Positions 63,269 to 64,000 of a stretch of 64,000 bases of DNA are shown here, piece by piece. The position numbers and the translations under genes were made by a program. The first letter of the stretch is position 1. Each line of letters begins with the position of its first letter. The DNA is taken from the NCBI RefSeq assembly GCF_006345805.1, contig NC_043020.1:8804001-8868000 (forward strand). The letters are read 5' to 3'. The notes under the pieces were generated by a model that had not been told where the DNA came from, searched no databases, and was given only the letters and a program-made list of their open reading frames with translations. The DNA comes from Octopus sinensis (lineage: Eukaryota).

Positions 63269-63812
63269 ATCTGTTCTTGGTCAAGGACAGCTCCCTCTTC
63301 TCGACAACCCCACTCAATCAAAGGTCTTTTCTATCCTTTGGGAGTAACCCGGTGACTTCATCAGTACTGCTGTCAAGAAGAAAAAAAACACCCAATATAT
63401 TCTGTAAAGTGGTTGGCATTAAGAAAGGAATCCAGCCATAGGAACCATGCCAAAACAGACAGAGTCTTCCAGTGCATTCGATCAGGTCAAACTGGCCGTT
63501 CCATAGCATCATGGAAGACTGGTATAAAATGAGATTGATGATGATACAATGACAGATACACAACTGTATTCTGATGGACAGAAATACAAAAATCAAACCC
63601 AAAGAGAACTGTCTGGAACGCAAAGAGTTACAGATAATGGCACAAGCTGTGCCATTGTCTGTGTGGTTTGCTTTGCAACCACATGGTTTCAGTCCCATTG
63701 TGTGGCACCTTGGGCAAGTTTCTTCTATTACAGCCTCGGGCAAAACTGATGCTTTATGGGTGAATGTGGTAGAGGGAGACTGTGTGGAAGCTTGCCATAT
63801 CCATGTGTGTGT

Positions 63813-64000
63813 ATCATCATCATTTAACATCCGCTTTCCATGCTAGCATGGGTTGGACGGTTCAACTGGGGTCTGGGAAGCCCGAAGGCTGCACCAGGCC
63901 AGTCAGATCTGGCAGTGTTTCTACAGCTGGATGCCCTTCCTAACGCCAACCACTCCATGAGTGTAGTGGGTGCTTTTTATGTGCCACCGACACAGGTGCC
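63813..64000 (-). mobile_element. Family D retroposon, runs off the window end
   Basis: Nearly identical to 50495-50685. Confidence 0.85.

Overview
Repeat-dominated, AT-rich animal genomic DNA. The repeat families point to an octopus or other coleoid cephalopod; this is inferred from family recognition, not from a search. I found no convincing host protein-coding gene. The supplied ORFs are stop-free frames in microsatellites, SINEs and satellites. The only protein-like remnants are a CR1/L2 LINE ORF2 C-terminus (17.7 kb) and a possible decayed Penelope GIY-YIG tail (24.5 kb). The window is built from four interspersed retroposon families, labelled here A, B and C (tRNA-headed SINEs) and D (RTE-related). 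It also holds TTAA-flanked (piggyBac-like) and hAT-like MITEs, Helentron/DINE-1-like elements, many microsatellites, a 28-bp minisatellite and a 5.4-kb 26-bp satellite that grew out of a family-D element. The most notable signal is three long inverted-repeat elements next to (TA)n tracts (24.3, 24.6 and 54.5 kb). Each arm folds into a minimal type-I hammerhead ribozyme with a non-canonical CCGANGA core, the layout expected of Penelope-like retroelement inverted LTRs. Coordinates were read by eye and may be off by a few bases.
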